From assembly GCF_018977255.1 (NCBI RefSeq), contig NW_024704757.1, forward strand, positions 10,664,001 to 10,728,000: a stretch of 64,000 bases of DNA, in the 5' to 3' direction. The DNA comes from Callorhinchus milii. Lineage: Eukaryota. Below the pieces are notes generated by a model. That model saw nothing but the letters and a program-made list of their open reading frames with translations, searched no databases and was not told where the DNA came from. Position numbers and translations under genes: made by a program. Position 1 is the stretch's first letter, and each line of letters opens with the position of its first letter. Of this stretch, positions 13,701 through 37,810 are shown piece by piece.

Positions 13701-16700
13701 GAGAGAATTGCCACAAATGCCCAGACTTCCTTTAGTCCATCTGCCAAGTCCAGCCCTAATTGTTCGGAAAAGAAGCTGTCACCTTCATGTGATCTCAAAA
13801 GTCCCTTTGCAGCCCCGTATGTATGTGATCTACCTATTGTTGGTCTGTCACCACCAAGGAAAGTCTCATCTCAAATAACCCCAGACAAGCATTTATCTTC
13901 AATCTTAGCATAGAAGATGCTCCCAAAGTAGCTTCTGAAACTCTGCCTCATTTCTCAGTGGATTCAAATCAACAATTAAGCCTGAAAAACGCAATGTTCG
14001 ACTGTCCTAGGGATCTCCAGGAACTGGAAGCTTATGAATCTCCAGAATGTTCAAGAGGAGAACTGTCATCTCCACTAAAGTCTGCTTCTGTAAGGGCTCC
14101 TTGTTTGGATATTCTATCTGGGCATGATCTGAAGACCAGTATTTTAGAAAATGAAGCAAATGAAAATGATTACAAACAATTGTCACCTATCAGTATAGGC
14201 TCAAGCTTCTCTGCACCAGACAGTAAATCCAATGATATTGTGTTGTTAATAGATTCTGACGAGGAAATGGAAGTGGAAAAAAGCTATGCGTCAGAGTCTA
14301 GTTCTCTGAACACAATTCTGTTGCCTTTCTATGACTTTAAAGGAGCTGGTGGGAGTGGGATGGACCGAAGCCCAGTTTGTGAACATGTCAGCACTACTGA
14401 GCCTGTCAAGACTTCCAACTTTGTGATCCTCAATGAGCAGAATTCCAAAGATGACAGAAGTCCATCTAAAAGTTCAGATGAAACCCAAAACAATTGTGTT
14501 TTAGAATTGCCTCCGAACAGCGTCTCTGAAAAGTTTTTCAACTACCAAAAACAAGATAAGGCTAATAAAAGCGAGCTAGATCTGATACTCAGCAGTGAAA
14601 GCGAACATAACAATGGAGACACTACCATGGAGACATCATGGCTGGTGCCAGCTACCCCACCTCCAACAAGAATTAGACATTCCTCTACACAGACTCAAAA
14701 CTCTCAATTTCTGCAAAACCAAAGTATTATAAAGAGTGAATTGTTTGAGAACTCAATTGAAGATGAGATGAGTTTGTCACAATCTGTGGGTGCAGCACAG
14801 AGAGCATTCAAGCTAGCGACAACATCAAAAAGTCCCGAAAAAGTAAAAGGCATTGGTGGAATGGAGGATTCTTTGGAAAGTAGTTCTTTTAATCGGTCTT
14901 TGGACGTGTCTCTGATGTCTTCTCCTATCCCTCCTACTCAGTACTCGAATGGCTGTATTGACTTAGAGACTTCACTAGAGACTTCACCGTCAGAGCAAGC
15001 AAAGAGACCAGTGGGATCTTTGCAGTGCTCTGAAGAAAGGCAAATGGCAGACACATCTGTGATTGAAGTTAAGGACACTGAGGAGGAGCTGCCAAGAGGT
15101 GAACCTGATGCCAGTTTGCTGTTCATCGATGAGCCACCGATTCCATTTGATTACGAATATTGGAAACCTGATGATTATCCTCAATCCGTGGAGGATGAGA
15201 GCATTGACAATGAAGGTGGAAGAGTTGGGAAGAGAACAAACACAGCTTTCCACAGCTCACAACATCAAACTATTGACAAGGAGCTACAACCAACTACAAG
15301 CACAGGGATCCAAAGCAGCACACCACTTCAAGGCAAACCACAACCCAGGATATTGTTTGAATTTCATGATGTAAATAACGGCAAAAAAGATGCACTTTCT
15401 GGGGGAAAACACGCTAGTGTGTTTGATTCTAAAATCTGGGATGATTGGGATGAGGAAGAGGAGTTGCCTGAAGTCCTCCCATCATTATCACAAAGACTTC
15501 CTGGCATTGAGAAAGACATAACTGTGACCAACAAATATGGTAACATGCACCAGAGTCCAGGTAAGTGGGCACTGAGTTCAGAGGCAGGTTGGCTGTTTAA
15601 TTTGAACGTTCCGTGGAACTTGTTCTGCTCATCCTTCAAGTGTGTCCAGCGATGTGGTGAGCAGGTTTCAAATTTTGACCCAAGTTGTTTCTTAGGCATT
15701 CTAGAGAATGCAATTTTATAATAATAATATTAATCCTTGCATTTGATATAGCGCTTTTCACGTCTTTTAGACGTCTCAAAGCGCTTCACGCAATAGACTG
15801 TAAAGTGAATTGACTGTATATTTGAGGGCGGAATTTTATGTTTCAAATTGCTTACAGCTGCATTTTAATCCAGTAAATCACTTGTCTGGCTTGTGAGAAG
15901 TTCTACTTTTCCAGAGTAGAAAAGCTGTGTTTAACTTAATTATTTTTTTAAAAAAACTGATCTGTAAAACATCAGCTATTAAAATGCCAATGGACCAGGG
16001 AATTTTGTTACTGGGAACTTTGCAACCTCGTGAGCTGGGTCCAATATCTCGCAAATCACATGACAAGCAAAGAGTAAAGCCGACTAAGAGAGCGTAAGGT
16101 CACCAAAGGACCTGACCTCTCCTTGGTACATGTCCAGGGAAGGAAATGGGAATGGGATATTTTTAACCCTGTGGTTTATGAAAAAAATTCTATAGGGTCC
16201 TGTAGCTCAATGGTTAGAGCACTTGCCTCGCAAGCAAGAGACCCGGGTTTGATTCCCGGCAGGGCAAATCCTTGGGCAAGTTTCCTTACTCCACACACCT
16301 GATAATAATCCCTCAAGAAAAAAAAAGAAAAAAATTGGTCAGTTCAACCCACCACTGTTTGTGGGGACACTGTTGTGCGCAATTGGCTGCCGCATTTCGC
16401 CCACAAATATACAGTCAATTTACTTTACTATATATTCTGTGAAGCGCTTTGAGACGTGAAAAGCGCTATGTCAAATGCAAGGATTATTATTATTATTGTT
16501 ATTAGGGTGTTGAAATGGTTAAGCCTATCTACTTAATGGAAATCAAATCAATTTGTTTATTAAAAAAATGATTAAGTGGAGTGAGGAAACTGCTTTTAAA
16601 GATTTTGTTTTTTTTGTTCCATAGCCATTAACCGAATGAAAACTCAGCTTCCTGTGGTACCCATCACCCCAGAACCTCCCTATTCAGAGATGCCTACCCC

Positions 16701-19179
16701 AAATCTGAAAAAAGAACTAAAGAGGTAGGTATTCTCAGTGAAGTTAAGTCTGACAATATTGTAAAACAAAGATTTCTCATTCCTACACTGGGAATACATA
16801 TTTAAACATCTGTAGGTTAGAGCATGCTACCAGGCTAGGCTGCCACTCCAGTGTAGTGCTGGGGGAGCCAGCTTGGCTCATTGGCAGGTTACTGGGACAG
16901 CTATTCTTCCCACTCGGCTCCTGCTAACCCTGCAAGTTGAAGCCTTAACGGGTAGTGGGAAGCTTGCCAGGTAGTGCTCTCATTGACAAGTTATGCAGTT
17001 GTAGTTGGTTTAATCCAGCAGTACCCAATACACACTCTGGGGTCCCCATCCCTTAGCTCTTTCTAACCTGCTCCTCATACTCTCTGGAATCAGGTAAGCA
17101 GGGTGCATTCCCTCCAGGGAGAAAGTGCACAGCCCATTCCAAAATCAGGATAATTTCTATGTGCTTGTGACCTACATTTGTCGAACTCTGTCTGATCTGA
17201 ATCCTGTTAAGTTTGGTGATGGATTTCTGTAAGTATCAGACACCCAGTTGACCAAAAAAAGGAAATGCTGTACATAAGATATATAGATACTCGGGAAATA
17301 AGGGGAATAAGGGTTGTGGCAAAAAGGTGGGAAGAGGAAATTAAAAAATCTACCATGCTTTAGAAAATGGTGGCATGGAGTTGACAGACTGAATGGCTCC
17401 ACCTGTTCCTAACCAATTTCTTTCCATTTATTGATGTCAGGTTTGGAGTTCGTCCACTGGTGAAACGCAAAATGATTCTGAAGCTGAAGGAGATTTACAA
17501 ATATACCCACCAAGTCATTGCCTCTGGCACGGACTGCAACACTGAGCAGGGCCACACGCACACCGTAACCTCAGCCTGCCTCACACAGCCTGGACCCATT
17601 CCAGCAAACAAAGCGAAGGCAGCTTCCAGAAACTACCTACAGCCTGTTTCAATGAGAACCAGCCAAGTAAAGCACATCTCCAAAACGCAGAAAAAGCCTG
17701 TTTCAGGGGCAAAAAGCAAAACAACCTCCACAAGCCAATCCAAGACCAATTCTAAATCAAAAGGAAAACAGTGTGTCCGGGATGTGCACAGAGCTAAAGT
17801 CAAGTCACCAATAAAATCTGCAATACATAATGAGGAGGTGGTTTCTGACAGGGATCAGCTGTCTTCATCTCAGGGCTCCTCCTCTTCGGCAGCAGGGAGT
17901 GAAGACGCCTTCAGGTCTCAACAGTGGGTTTAGTTTATTTCTGTTCCAGAACTATCTGATTTGAGGTAGATTTGAGTTTAATGCACCAATGCAATTTCCA
18001 TTTACACACAGATATGTATAATATTAATATAAAAGAACAGTTAGTTGTTTTTTTTATTGATCTTTTGTGAAAATCATTCCATAGCCATACTTTACTGGAT
18101 TTGGTGGTTCGTGAGCATTATCCCGATGTTTATTCCAAAACCAGCCAATTTGGGGGATAAGCAGATTCAGAGGGTATTGCAATAAATCCTGATTTTTCAC
18201 TGAATTCACCCTTTTTCTGTTAAATTTACCCCACATCCCTTTTTTTGAAAGAAGTGGAAACATGGCCCAACTAGTCCATGGCTGTGTTTATATTTCACAC
18301 GAGCCTTCATCTCTTCTAATCCCCTCCCCTGTACCCTTCTATTTACCTTCTCCCTCATGTATGCATAACCTTCTCATTATAAGCTGTAAAACTGGGTTAC
18401 GAATGAATCATTGAAGTTCTGTAGCTCAGTGATTAGAACACTCGCCTCGCAAGTGAGAGACCTGGGTTCGATTCCTGGAAAGGCGAAAGTTTCCTTACTC
18501 CACATGCCTCTGTTTACCTAGCAGTAAGCAGAAACCCGGTTGTTAGTCGATTGGCGGGTCACTTTTCCGGGGATAATAATTCCTTGAAACTTTAATGATA
18601 AAAAATTGGTCACTCAATCCACAACTGTTTGTGGGACACTGCTGTGCGCAATTGGCTGCCGCGTTTCGCCCACAAAATATACAATCAATTCACTTTACAG
18701 TATAATCTGTGAAGCGCTTTGAAAAGTCTCAAAGACGTGATAAGGCGCTATATCCAATGCAAGGATTATTATTATTATCATTGGTCTGAACAAACCCTAC
18801 CCATTTCTCTTTTGCTTTCAGGCAGTCAATACTGGAGTTAGATGGCCTTGCCACAGACTCGGGGGATGAAGAGGACGATGAGATTATACCATCGCAAGCA
18901 ACAGGCCAGGCAGATAAAGTTCAGGTGTTACGACAGTACATTCAGTCAAACCCAGAATTCTACACGAAAATCCTGCTGTACAAACCCTTCGAACTGGCAG
19001 AATTACACCTGCAGCTGAAAGACAATGGGATCAAAGTGTCCAGGAGACAGCTGATTGATTTCCTTGATGCTCAGTGCATCACGTTTACCACAGCGGGTGA
19101 AAGAAAGGAGAAATTACAGAAACAAAAGCGTGGCGCTGGCAAACGGGGGAGAAGAAAGCACGCTAGTTTGTGGGACTAA
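4771..19179 (+). CDS. SLX4: Structure-specific endonuclease scaffold SLX4 (FANCP/BTBD12), about 1885 aa if the frameshift near 13.9 kb is corrected
   Basis: Coding exons: 4771-5131, 5629-5850, 6633-6816 (UBZ4-1, CVICQKDL...HINR), 7183-7389 (UBZ4-2, CPICGKHF...HLKRC), 8011-8201 (MLR-like [12 protein letters not shown]), 8740-9068, 9770-10037, 10468-10556, 11175-11321 and 12417-12586 ([18 protein letters not shown]...[10 protein letters not shown]), 13013-15560 (SIM-like [10 protein letters not shown] and VIEVKD, plus SWLVPATP), 16625-16724 and 17441-17923 ([31 protein letters not shown]...[11 protein letters not shown]; alternative donor at 17914), 18822-19179 (SLX1-binding domain, LLYKPFEL...[11 protein letters not shown]). 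Phases join at every GT-AG junction except inside the large exon. Confidence 0.95.
7482..7812 (-). mobile_element. tRNA(Ala)-derived SINE with an L2-like 3' tail and (TTA)n end, full length
   Basis: Minus strand: A box (TAGCTCAGTGG), B box (GTTCAATTC), body ccttgggcaagtttccttactcc, and tail gtgaagcgctttgagacgtc...atatcaaatgtaaggattattat shared with many copies in the window. Confidence 0.85.
9240..9510 (+). mobile_element. Degenerate CR1-type LINE 3' fragment
   Basis: agagggtggaattttttgccacaag...gggagcgagtaggaaagtgggattag...gggttgaacagcctagttctgt resembles the CR1 ORF2 end and 3' UTR seen more clearly at 32272-32480. Confidence 0.55.
11399..11736 (+). mobile_element. tRNA-derived SINE, long variant
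   Basis: Partial tRNA-like head, central gcctctgtttaccagcagtaagtaggatcccggttgttagtc segment, family tail and (TTA)n end. Confidence 0.8.
15721..15832 (-). mobile_element. SINE 3' tail fragment
   Basis: aataatccttgcatttgatatagcgcttttcacgtc...gtgaattgactgtatatttg is the reverse complement of the family tail. Confidence 0.8.
16195..16504 (+). mobile_element. tRNA(Ala)-derived SINE, full length, short variant
   Basis: The head gtcctgtagctcaatggttagagcacttgcctcgcaagcaagagacccgggtttgattcccggcagggc folds as a cloverleaf with a CGC anticodon and runs on into the SINE body, tail and (TTA)n. Confidence 0.88.
18413..18778 (+). mobile_element. tRNA(Ala)-derived SINE, full length, long variant
   Basis: A and B boxes (gtagctcagtga, gttcgattc), central gcctctgtttacctagcagtaag segment, family tail and (TTA)n. 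Confidence 0.87.
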
Positions 19180-19949
19180 AGAGAGCGGAGCGTTGATAAC
19201 TCGAGAGGAAGCCTGTGCCTGAATAAACAAAAATTGAAAGGAAACCCCTTCTGGTAACCGCATGTCAGTTTTATTTCAATTTTGTTCTCAATTTTTGAGA
19301 AAAATGTAAAGCGAGCAAACTGTACATACAGTAGATTCTTTTTTTACTAGGAGCTAAAAATTGTCATAGGTTTCCTGTTTAATTTGTGTGTTCTTACATG
19401 TGTGGATTACTGTATATGTGTGAGTGTTAGGATAGAAGTATTAATAAATTCCCCCAAACCCTCGAATAGATCAAAACAAACTTTAATTCAATGTGGATCA
19501 AACGAACTTAATATTTTGTCATTTCTGTAGAAAAATACAATTTGTATTAAAGAATGGATTTTATACGTTATCAGGTTTGCAATGCCGCCTTTATCTTTTC
19601 TCTTCTTTTTTAAAAAAAAAGATTATGCACAGAAAGTTGCCTTTTAACCTGTAAGCCTTGGGAGCGAGACGTGAGATGGGATTCGTGGTTTCAAAAAAAG
19701 AAATAAAAGAAATAAATAATACATAAAAGGAAAAAAGCGACTTTGGGGGGTGGGGGGGGGCAAGTGGGAGAACCAGCCGCCAGCTTGACAATCCCAATTG
19801 TGCATCCTGCCCGGGTTACCGCAGTCTGTGGCTTTGCAAAGCGCTCCCTGAGACGCCGTCCGGCATGGAGGGGCGCTATATAAATCCATGTTGTTGTTGT
19901 GTTGTTGTTGTTGTTGTGGTGGTGGTTTTGACACTTTAACATCTCCTCC

Positions 19950-20330
19950 AGGAGAGCAACCAGCAACACAGGCTCGTCCACGCGTCACGCCGCCAATGGC
20001 GGCGGGGGGGGCTCGCGGGGAGGGCACCTGTTGGCTCTGCCGCCGAGCTCCCGCCCTGGGAGCAGACAGGCGGTGGCGGGGTAGAGCTTTCGGGCCCCGA
20101 CAAACGCACGCAAGTCTCGCCATCGCTAGCCGCCCGGCCCCGCGGCTCACCCGGGTCCGCGCCGCCTGCGGATCAAAGCGGATGCACAGCGCGGAAACCG
20201 AGAGAAGCGACCGGGGTCGGTCAGTCGGTCGGTCCGGTCAGCCCGACCGGGACATCACCGGGCGAGAGGACCGGCGACAGGGAGAGAGTCCAGAGCAAAA
20301 CTGCTCAGACGGACATCACAGCAACACCCA
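19950..20330. other. Orphan CpG island between the convergent 3' ends of SLX4 and RHOT2
   Basis: Dense CpG/GC sequence with no recognised gene start, followed by a C-rich tract at about 20390-20550. Confidence 0.55.
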
Positions 20331-23300
20331 CCAGGTCAGGAATAACCAGGGCAACAAGGGAGGGGGTGCGGCATAAACTGCAAGGAACCACCATCACCCA
20401 CTACCCGCCCCCCGCACCCTCACCCCCCACACCCTCACCCCACCCCTTACCCACACCCTTACTCACCCCCACCCCACACACTCCACACCCACCCCGCACC
20501 CTCACACCCACCCCGCACTCCCTCACCCCCCACCCTCACAACACCTCACTACGAGCGTCTCGCAATTTTAAAGGAAATAAGTCACAAGGAGGGGGGGGGT
20601 GAGGGAGTGGTGGCGGTTGTGAGGGTTGGCGGTTGTGTGGGGGGGGGGGGCGGAGAACCGAAGTTCAGATGGCATTTTGCCTTAACATCTCATCTGGAGG
20701 ACAGCACCTCTGAAAGGCAGTGCACCCCCACACCCTGCACTGAAATGTCAATAGACTGGAGGTCAAGCCCCAAAGTGAGTCTTGAACCTACAACCTCTGA
20801 CCCAAAGCTGAAAATGTTACCCACTGAGCCAAGCTGCCACTTGGTTATGATAGAGCAACAGGTTGTACACTAGGTTGGTAGCTGATGCCTGTGAGGGACA
20901 TGCTTGCCCTTGGCATCTGTGCCCCCTTTCACAAGAGGTCACGGAAAAGGATCAATGACGGGCACCTTGGGTGACTTTAAAATTCCCTGCTATGGGAACT
21001 ATAAAAGAGAATTATTGCACCGCACCCATTGCAATTAATTAACTCGGTCTGTCTGCGTGTCCTGTAAATGTATCCTGTGTGGGTCCTGCACACACAGTCT
21101 GTGTATTCTACACACGTAGTCTATGTATGGATGTGTCCCGCATCTTCACAATGACACTTACGAATATGACACACTTCTTCCCTGTGTTGCAAATCACTTT
21201 AACTGAAGACATACAGGCAACACTTCCCTCACATAGCTCCAGATGGCGCACAGACTCTGATCAGTCGGCTGTAGTCAGGGGGAGCAGTGAAATAAAGAAT
21301 TTTTATAGTGCTTGTTCATGCCAAAGTATCTCAAAGTGCTTCATTGTAATTAGTTTCATTGGGCAAGCTAATTAATTGGTTGATTAATGAAATTCTATTA
21401 AATCTGAATTAAAGGTTGTATGAAAGAGTTCGGAACCACCAGCAGCATTGTTAAATTAACATCAAACTCCCAGATATTTAAAGATAGCCCCCCAAGCCAT
21501 TTAGCAACATTCTGGACGTTCTTAAGTGGTTATGTTAAACATGCAATAAGGCCACCACTTATTTCTTATAATAGTAATAAATTGCAATTCTGTCTGAAAC
21601 TGATATTAAAATCACGTTCCAGAGAGAAATCCAACTGGTAACTTTGCCTGGTTCTCCAGTATCCAAAGGGTCTTGAGTAACACTGGTACCTAGTAAGCTG
21701 TTGTTTGGTTACAGAAATACATAGATCCATTAATACATTTAATTTCAATTATTGTAATAATTTATGTCTCTGCATTGAATCCTTCAAAATTACAAATTCA
21801 TTCTGAATATATTTTACAAAGTCCCACATCAGGACTTGAGTGCGTCTCCCATGATTTATAGTTTGGATGCTCAGGTCTGCAGGAATCAGATGGTGTCAGT
21901 AGGAAGGTGTGAGCAGGGAGAGGGATTCCTAAGCTCAGGAATTAATATATGGTTATAAATCCAATTGCAAACTCTCCTCTAGGAAGCATGTAATCACAGC
22001 CACTTAATAATCATTAACTGAGTTCAACCCAGGTCAAAGATTAACGTTTAACGCAGATCCAGCGGAAACAAGTCCAAGAGTGACTTTCTCGTATCTTAAC
22101 AGTTTCGAAGGTTGACAAGCTACAGTCAAACAAATACGATTTTAAAAAGAGGTTAATTCAACATCCAGCAATACCCAGATAGCACCTTTCAGATTTCCAA
22201 ACAGGGAGCAAAGGGCGAGTCTTAAGGATGTTGATGAAAGTCAGAGATAGAAGTTAAGATTTTGAAGGCAAGGAGAGAAGGATTTCAGCAGAGATTGATG
22301 GTGATTCAGAGTGAGCAAGGAATGATCAGGGGATCAGAAGCGTACAGCCTGGAGAATGGGGCTGAGAGCAATTCAAATAAGAGGAGCTCATTGTCTCAGT
22401 GTCTAATCCATTACAGCACACTGATAAATGTAACATTCCCCCCCCCACTAATATTTATTGAAATGTAGAGTTTTTCTCCCATTTATCTTGGTTTATATTC
22501 CTCCCTCATTCACCCTAATTTAAAGCAATTGGCTATTCAGTTAATTGTTGTTTGGGACATTGCTGACAGAAATTAGCTATCAGGTTTGCCTCCACAACAT
22601 TCACTTAATTTCATTTTGAATTCCTCATTTTGTGAAGTGCTTTGAGTTTTCATCAACATAAAAGACACTATACAATGCAAGTTCTCTCCAATATTTAAAT
22701 TCCCATATAAAAGAGCTGGTAATAAGCAACAAAGTCAAAACAGAGTTTGAAAAATATATCTTGTATTTTCGTTAAAAGACACATACAGAAAGTGTTCAGA
22801 GTTTCAAATTCCAGAGATCAGAGCTTCCAGTTACTGACTAGAAGAATTGAGACATTCTTGACAGAAAGAAGAGAGATTTAAGGTTGCAATCAAGTTATAG
22901 AGCACAGCATTAAGGGCAAAGAGGTAATGAATCGTTTCACAAAAGTCCAAATCAGGTTCAACTTAGAAATCAAACACAAATGTTGAAAAATGTGAAACCA
23001 GAAACCACTGTTAATGACAGGAGACTGATCAGCACGAGAGAGAAATCTTGGATGTGACCCTCGATCAGAATTGGGATGAGCAGACTTTGGGAAAAAGGCA
23101 GTCACGTGCAATGAGCAAGTTCCAATGAAGGGTTAGACCTGAAACTTTACCTTAAGTCTCCCTCTAGTACTTGGTTGTGCATTTGGAATGCAAGAGCAAG
23201 GAGTATTTAGTAGAGTTTCACATCAGTAAATAGATGACATTTTCAAGTTATGGACTAGCAGCAGACTCCTCTCAGTCACTCACAGCCACAGGACCCAATA

Positions 23301-24844
23301 AGGATTCAATCACTACCAGGGAATAAGGAAGTTGTGCACATGTGTGGGACTGTGTGTCAGAACAGGATCAAACCCTTCCAATGACCAGCAAAATATTTCC
23401 GAGTGTAACAAAGAGAACCGAACGTTGCTGTTCTGTGAGTTTGAGATTCTTTCAGCATCGTTTGATTGACTAAGTATACACTCCTCCAAATACAGGGGCT
23501 GTGGCCCACTTCATGACCTTGTCCAGCAAAATCCAGCTACACTGTCTCCACATGCAAATGGCTTGCTGTGTTTCTCCCACCTTCCTCTCATTTTACACTG
23601 TGCATCACTTTACTGCCGAGAGCCATCTGCTCCCAGACCTCTGGAAAATGGCCGGGTAAAGAGAGTGGTGTGGGGTTGGGAGAGAGGAGACTGTTTTGGG
23701 ATTCCACAGGTTCCCCCTCCCCCAAGTAGGCAACCATCTGCCCCTCTTTCTCTCCTGAATGTTCCACTGGCAGCTGGATGATGGTGGCAGCACCTGCCCC
23801 GATATAGCAGGTATCAATACTTTCGGCTCTTAAAAAAACAAGACACCGAAACAATTTGCAGCAAGTCATAAATTCCAGTATAAAAATAGTGTGAAAAGGA
23901 ACTAGTTTCCTATCATTTACTCCAGTCCGTTCCCCTCATAGAATGCCGCAGTACAGCACAGCTTCACTTGCAATCATTTTCTAATCATTATTATACAACT
24001 AGAGTCCCCCCAAGTCCCACCTGCAAAACCATCTTAGCTTCAAATTTAAAAGCTGAGAGAATTATCGAAAATTCTTAAATACGGTCTTAGTTTTTAAGAA
24101 ATGTGAAAATAAGTTTCCAAAAAAAAGTAATTGGTGTTAAATTTTCAGACAAAGTGGTCTTACAGGCCAATGCTAGGTGGAAGCGGAAGTCTTCGATGTG
24201 CTATCTACAAGGTGACCAAAAAGTCGTGATACCATTACAATTAAGTCTTAAAGAAATTATATTTTTGTGTTTTTTTTAGCTAATAGGGCAGTTATCACGA
24301 CGTTTTGGTCACCCTGTAGAATTGAACCTTAACCCTGCAAAGCAATGGTTGCCTCGCTGAATCAGGTGGCAAGCGGATCCCATGGGCTCTAAGCGACGAG
24401 AACAAGGCAATGAGGGATTGGAGATGTGGAGGTTAGGATACTGACCCAGCTCATTACAGGGAACCATTCTCCTGCCTGGGAGTGTCCTCTGCCACATGCA
24501 ACAAGCAGAGTATTACTACCAGCACAATTTTCTTCCATCAGTGAAAGGATCTGGGATGACATTGACTGACATTCGTTATCAGCTAGGATCACAGCGATTT
24601 CCTGTTATGCTTTCAGTAGCTGCCAACAGTCAGACCGGTCCGTGCCTTGCTGCTTTGCTGAATAGCTGCTCAACAAACGTGAACCCTTGGAAAACAGTCC
24701 CAGTCTTTGTTCTTCTGCCTGTTCCTGCTCAAAGCCAGAGTGATTATTCTCTCTCCCTCCTGGTCAGTTGTAAATAAAAATCCCACAGCATGGTGGGATT
24801 GTAGTGTCACTCACGCACTACCCCAGTGTTAAGCATATCTCCTG

Positions 24845-37468
<12,624 letters not shown>

Positions 37469-37469
37469 G

Positions 37470-37810
37470 GTCGGTGCCTTTCACGCCAGTTCTCGGTAGA
37501 ATTTATTTCCCGGTTATTGGCTCCGGAGACCGGGGAACAGGTCGCGTCCGCCCGTTCGGCCCTTTCGGGAGAGCGCTCGGGATCACTCGGCTGTTTCCGG
37601 GGAACCGCTCGGAAAGCCTCGGCTGCTTCCTGAGACCCCTTCCCCTCGGGCACACTCGGTTACCTCCGGGGACCGCTCGGGCACACTCGGTGACTTCCGG
37701 AGATCCGCTCGGGAACACTCGGCCGTTTCCGGGTGCGTTCGGGAACGGAACGCCCGTTTCCGGGGAGCGTTCGGGGACACTCGGCTGTTTCCGGAGAGAT
37801 TCGGCCAAGG
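37470..37810. promoter_or_regulatory. RHOT2 CpG-island promoter/5' UTR built from degenerate 31-32-bp repeats carrying ETS cores
   Basis: Repeated ctcggg-cactcgg-nnn-ttccgg units. TTCCGG (CCGGAA on -) at 37595, 37695, 37727, 37758 and 37789, with variants at 37627 and 37664. Confidence 0.7.

Noticed and set aside
13013-15560. TRF2-binding HxLxP motif of human SLX4
   Set aside because: I did not find it in the large exon. Absence outside primates is already known (for example in mouse), so it is not novel.
16195-16268. tRNA-Ala(CGC)-like cloverleaf (also at about 7740-7812, 18413-18485, 31505-31579 and 59693-59767)
   Set aside because: Each runs directly into a SINE body and L2-like tail with no poly-T terminator, and the copies are diverged. 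They are SINE heads, not tRNA genes.
19950-20330. Telomerase RNA, RNase P/MRP or snRNA gene in the GC-rich island
   Set aside because: I could not see a CTAACCCT template, CR4/5, P4 consensus or Sm site by eye.
21162-21268. In-frame TGA in an exon-like block as a possible selenocysteine codon
   Set aside because: There is no recognisable selenoprotein motif and no convincing SECIS downstream.
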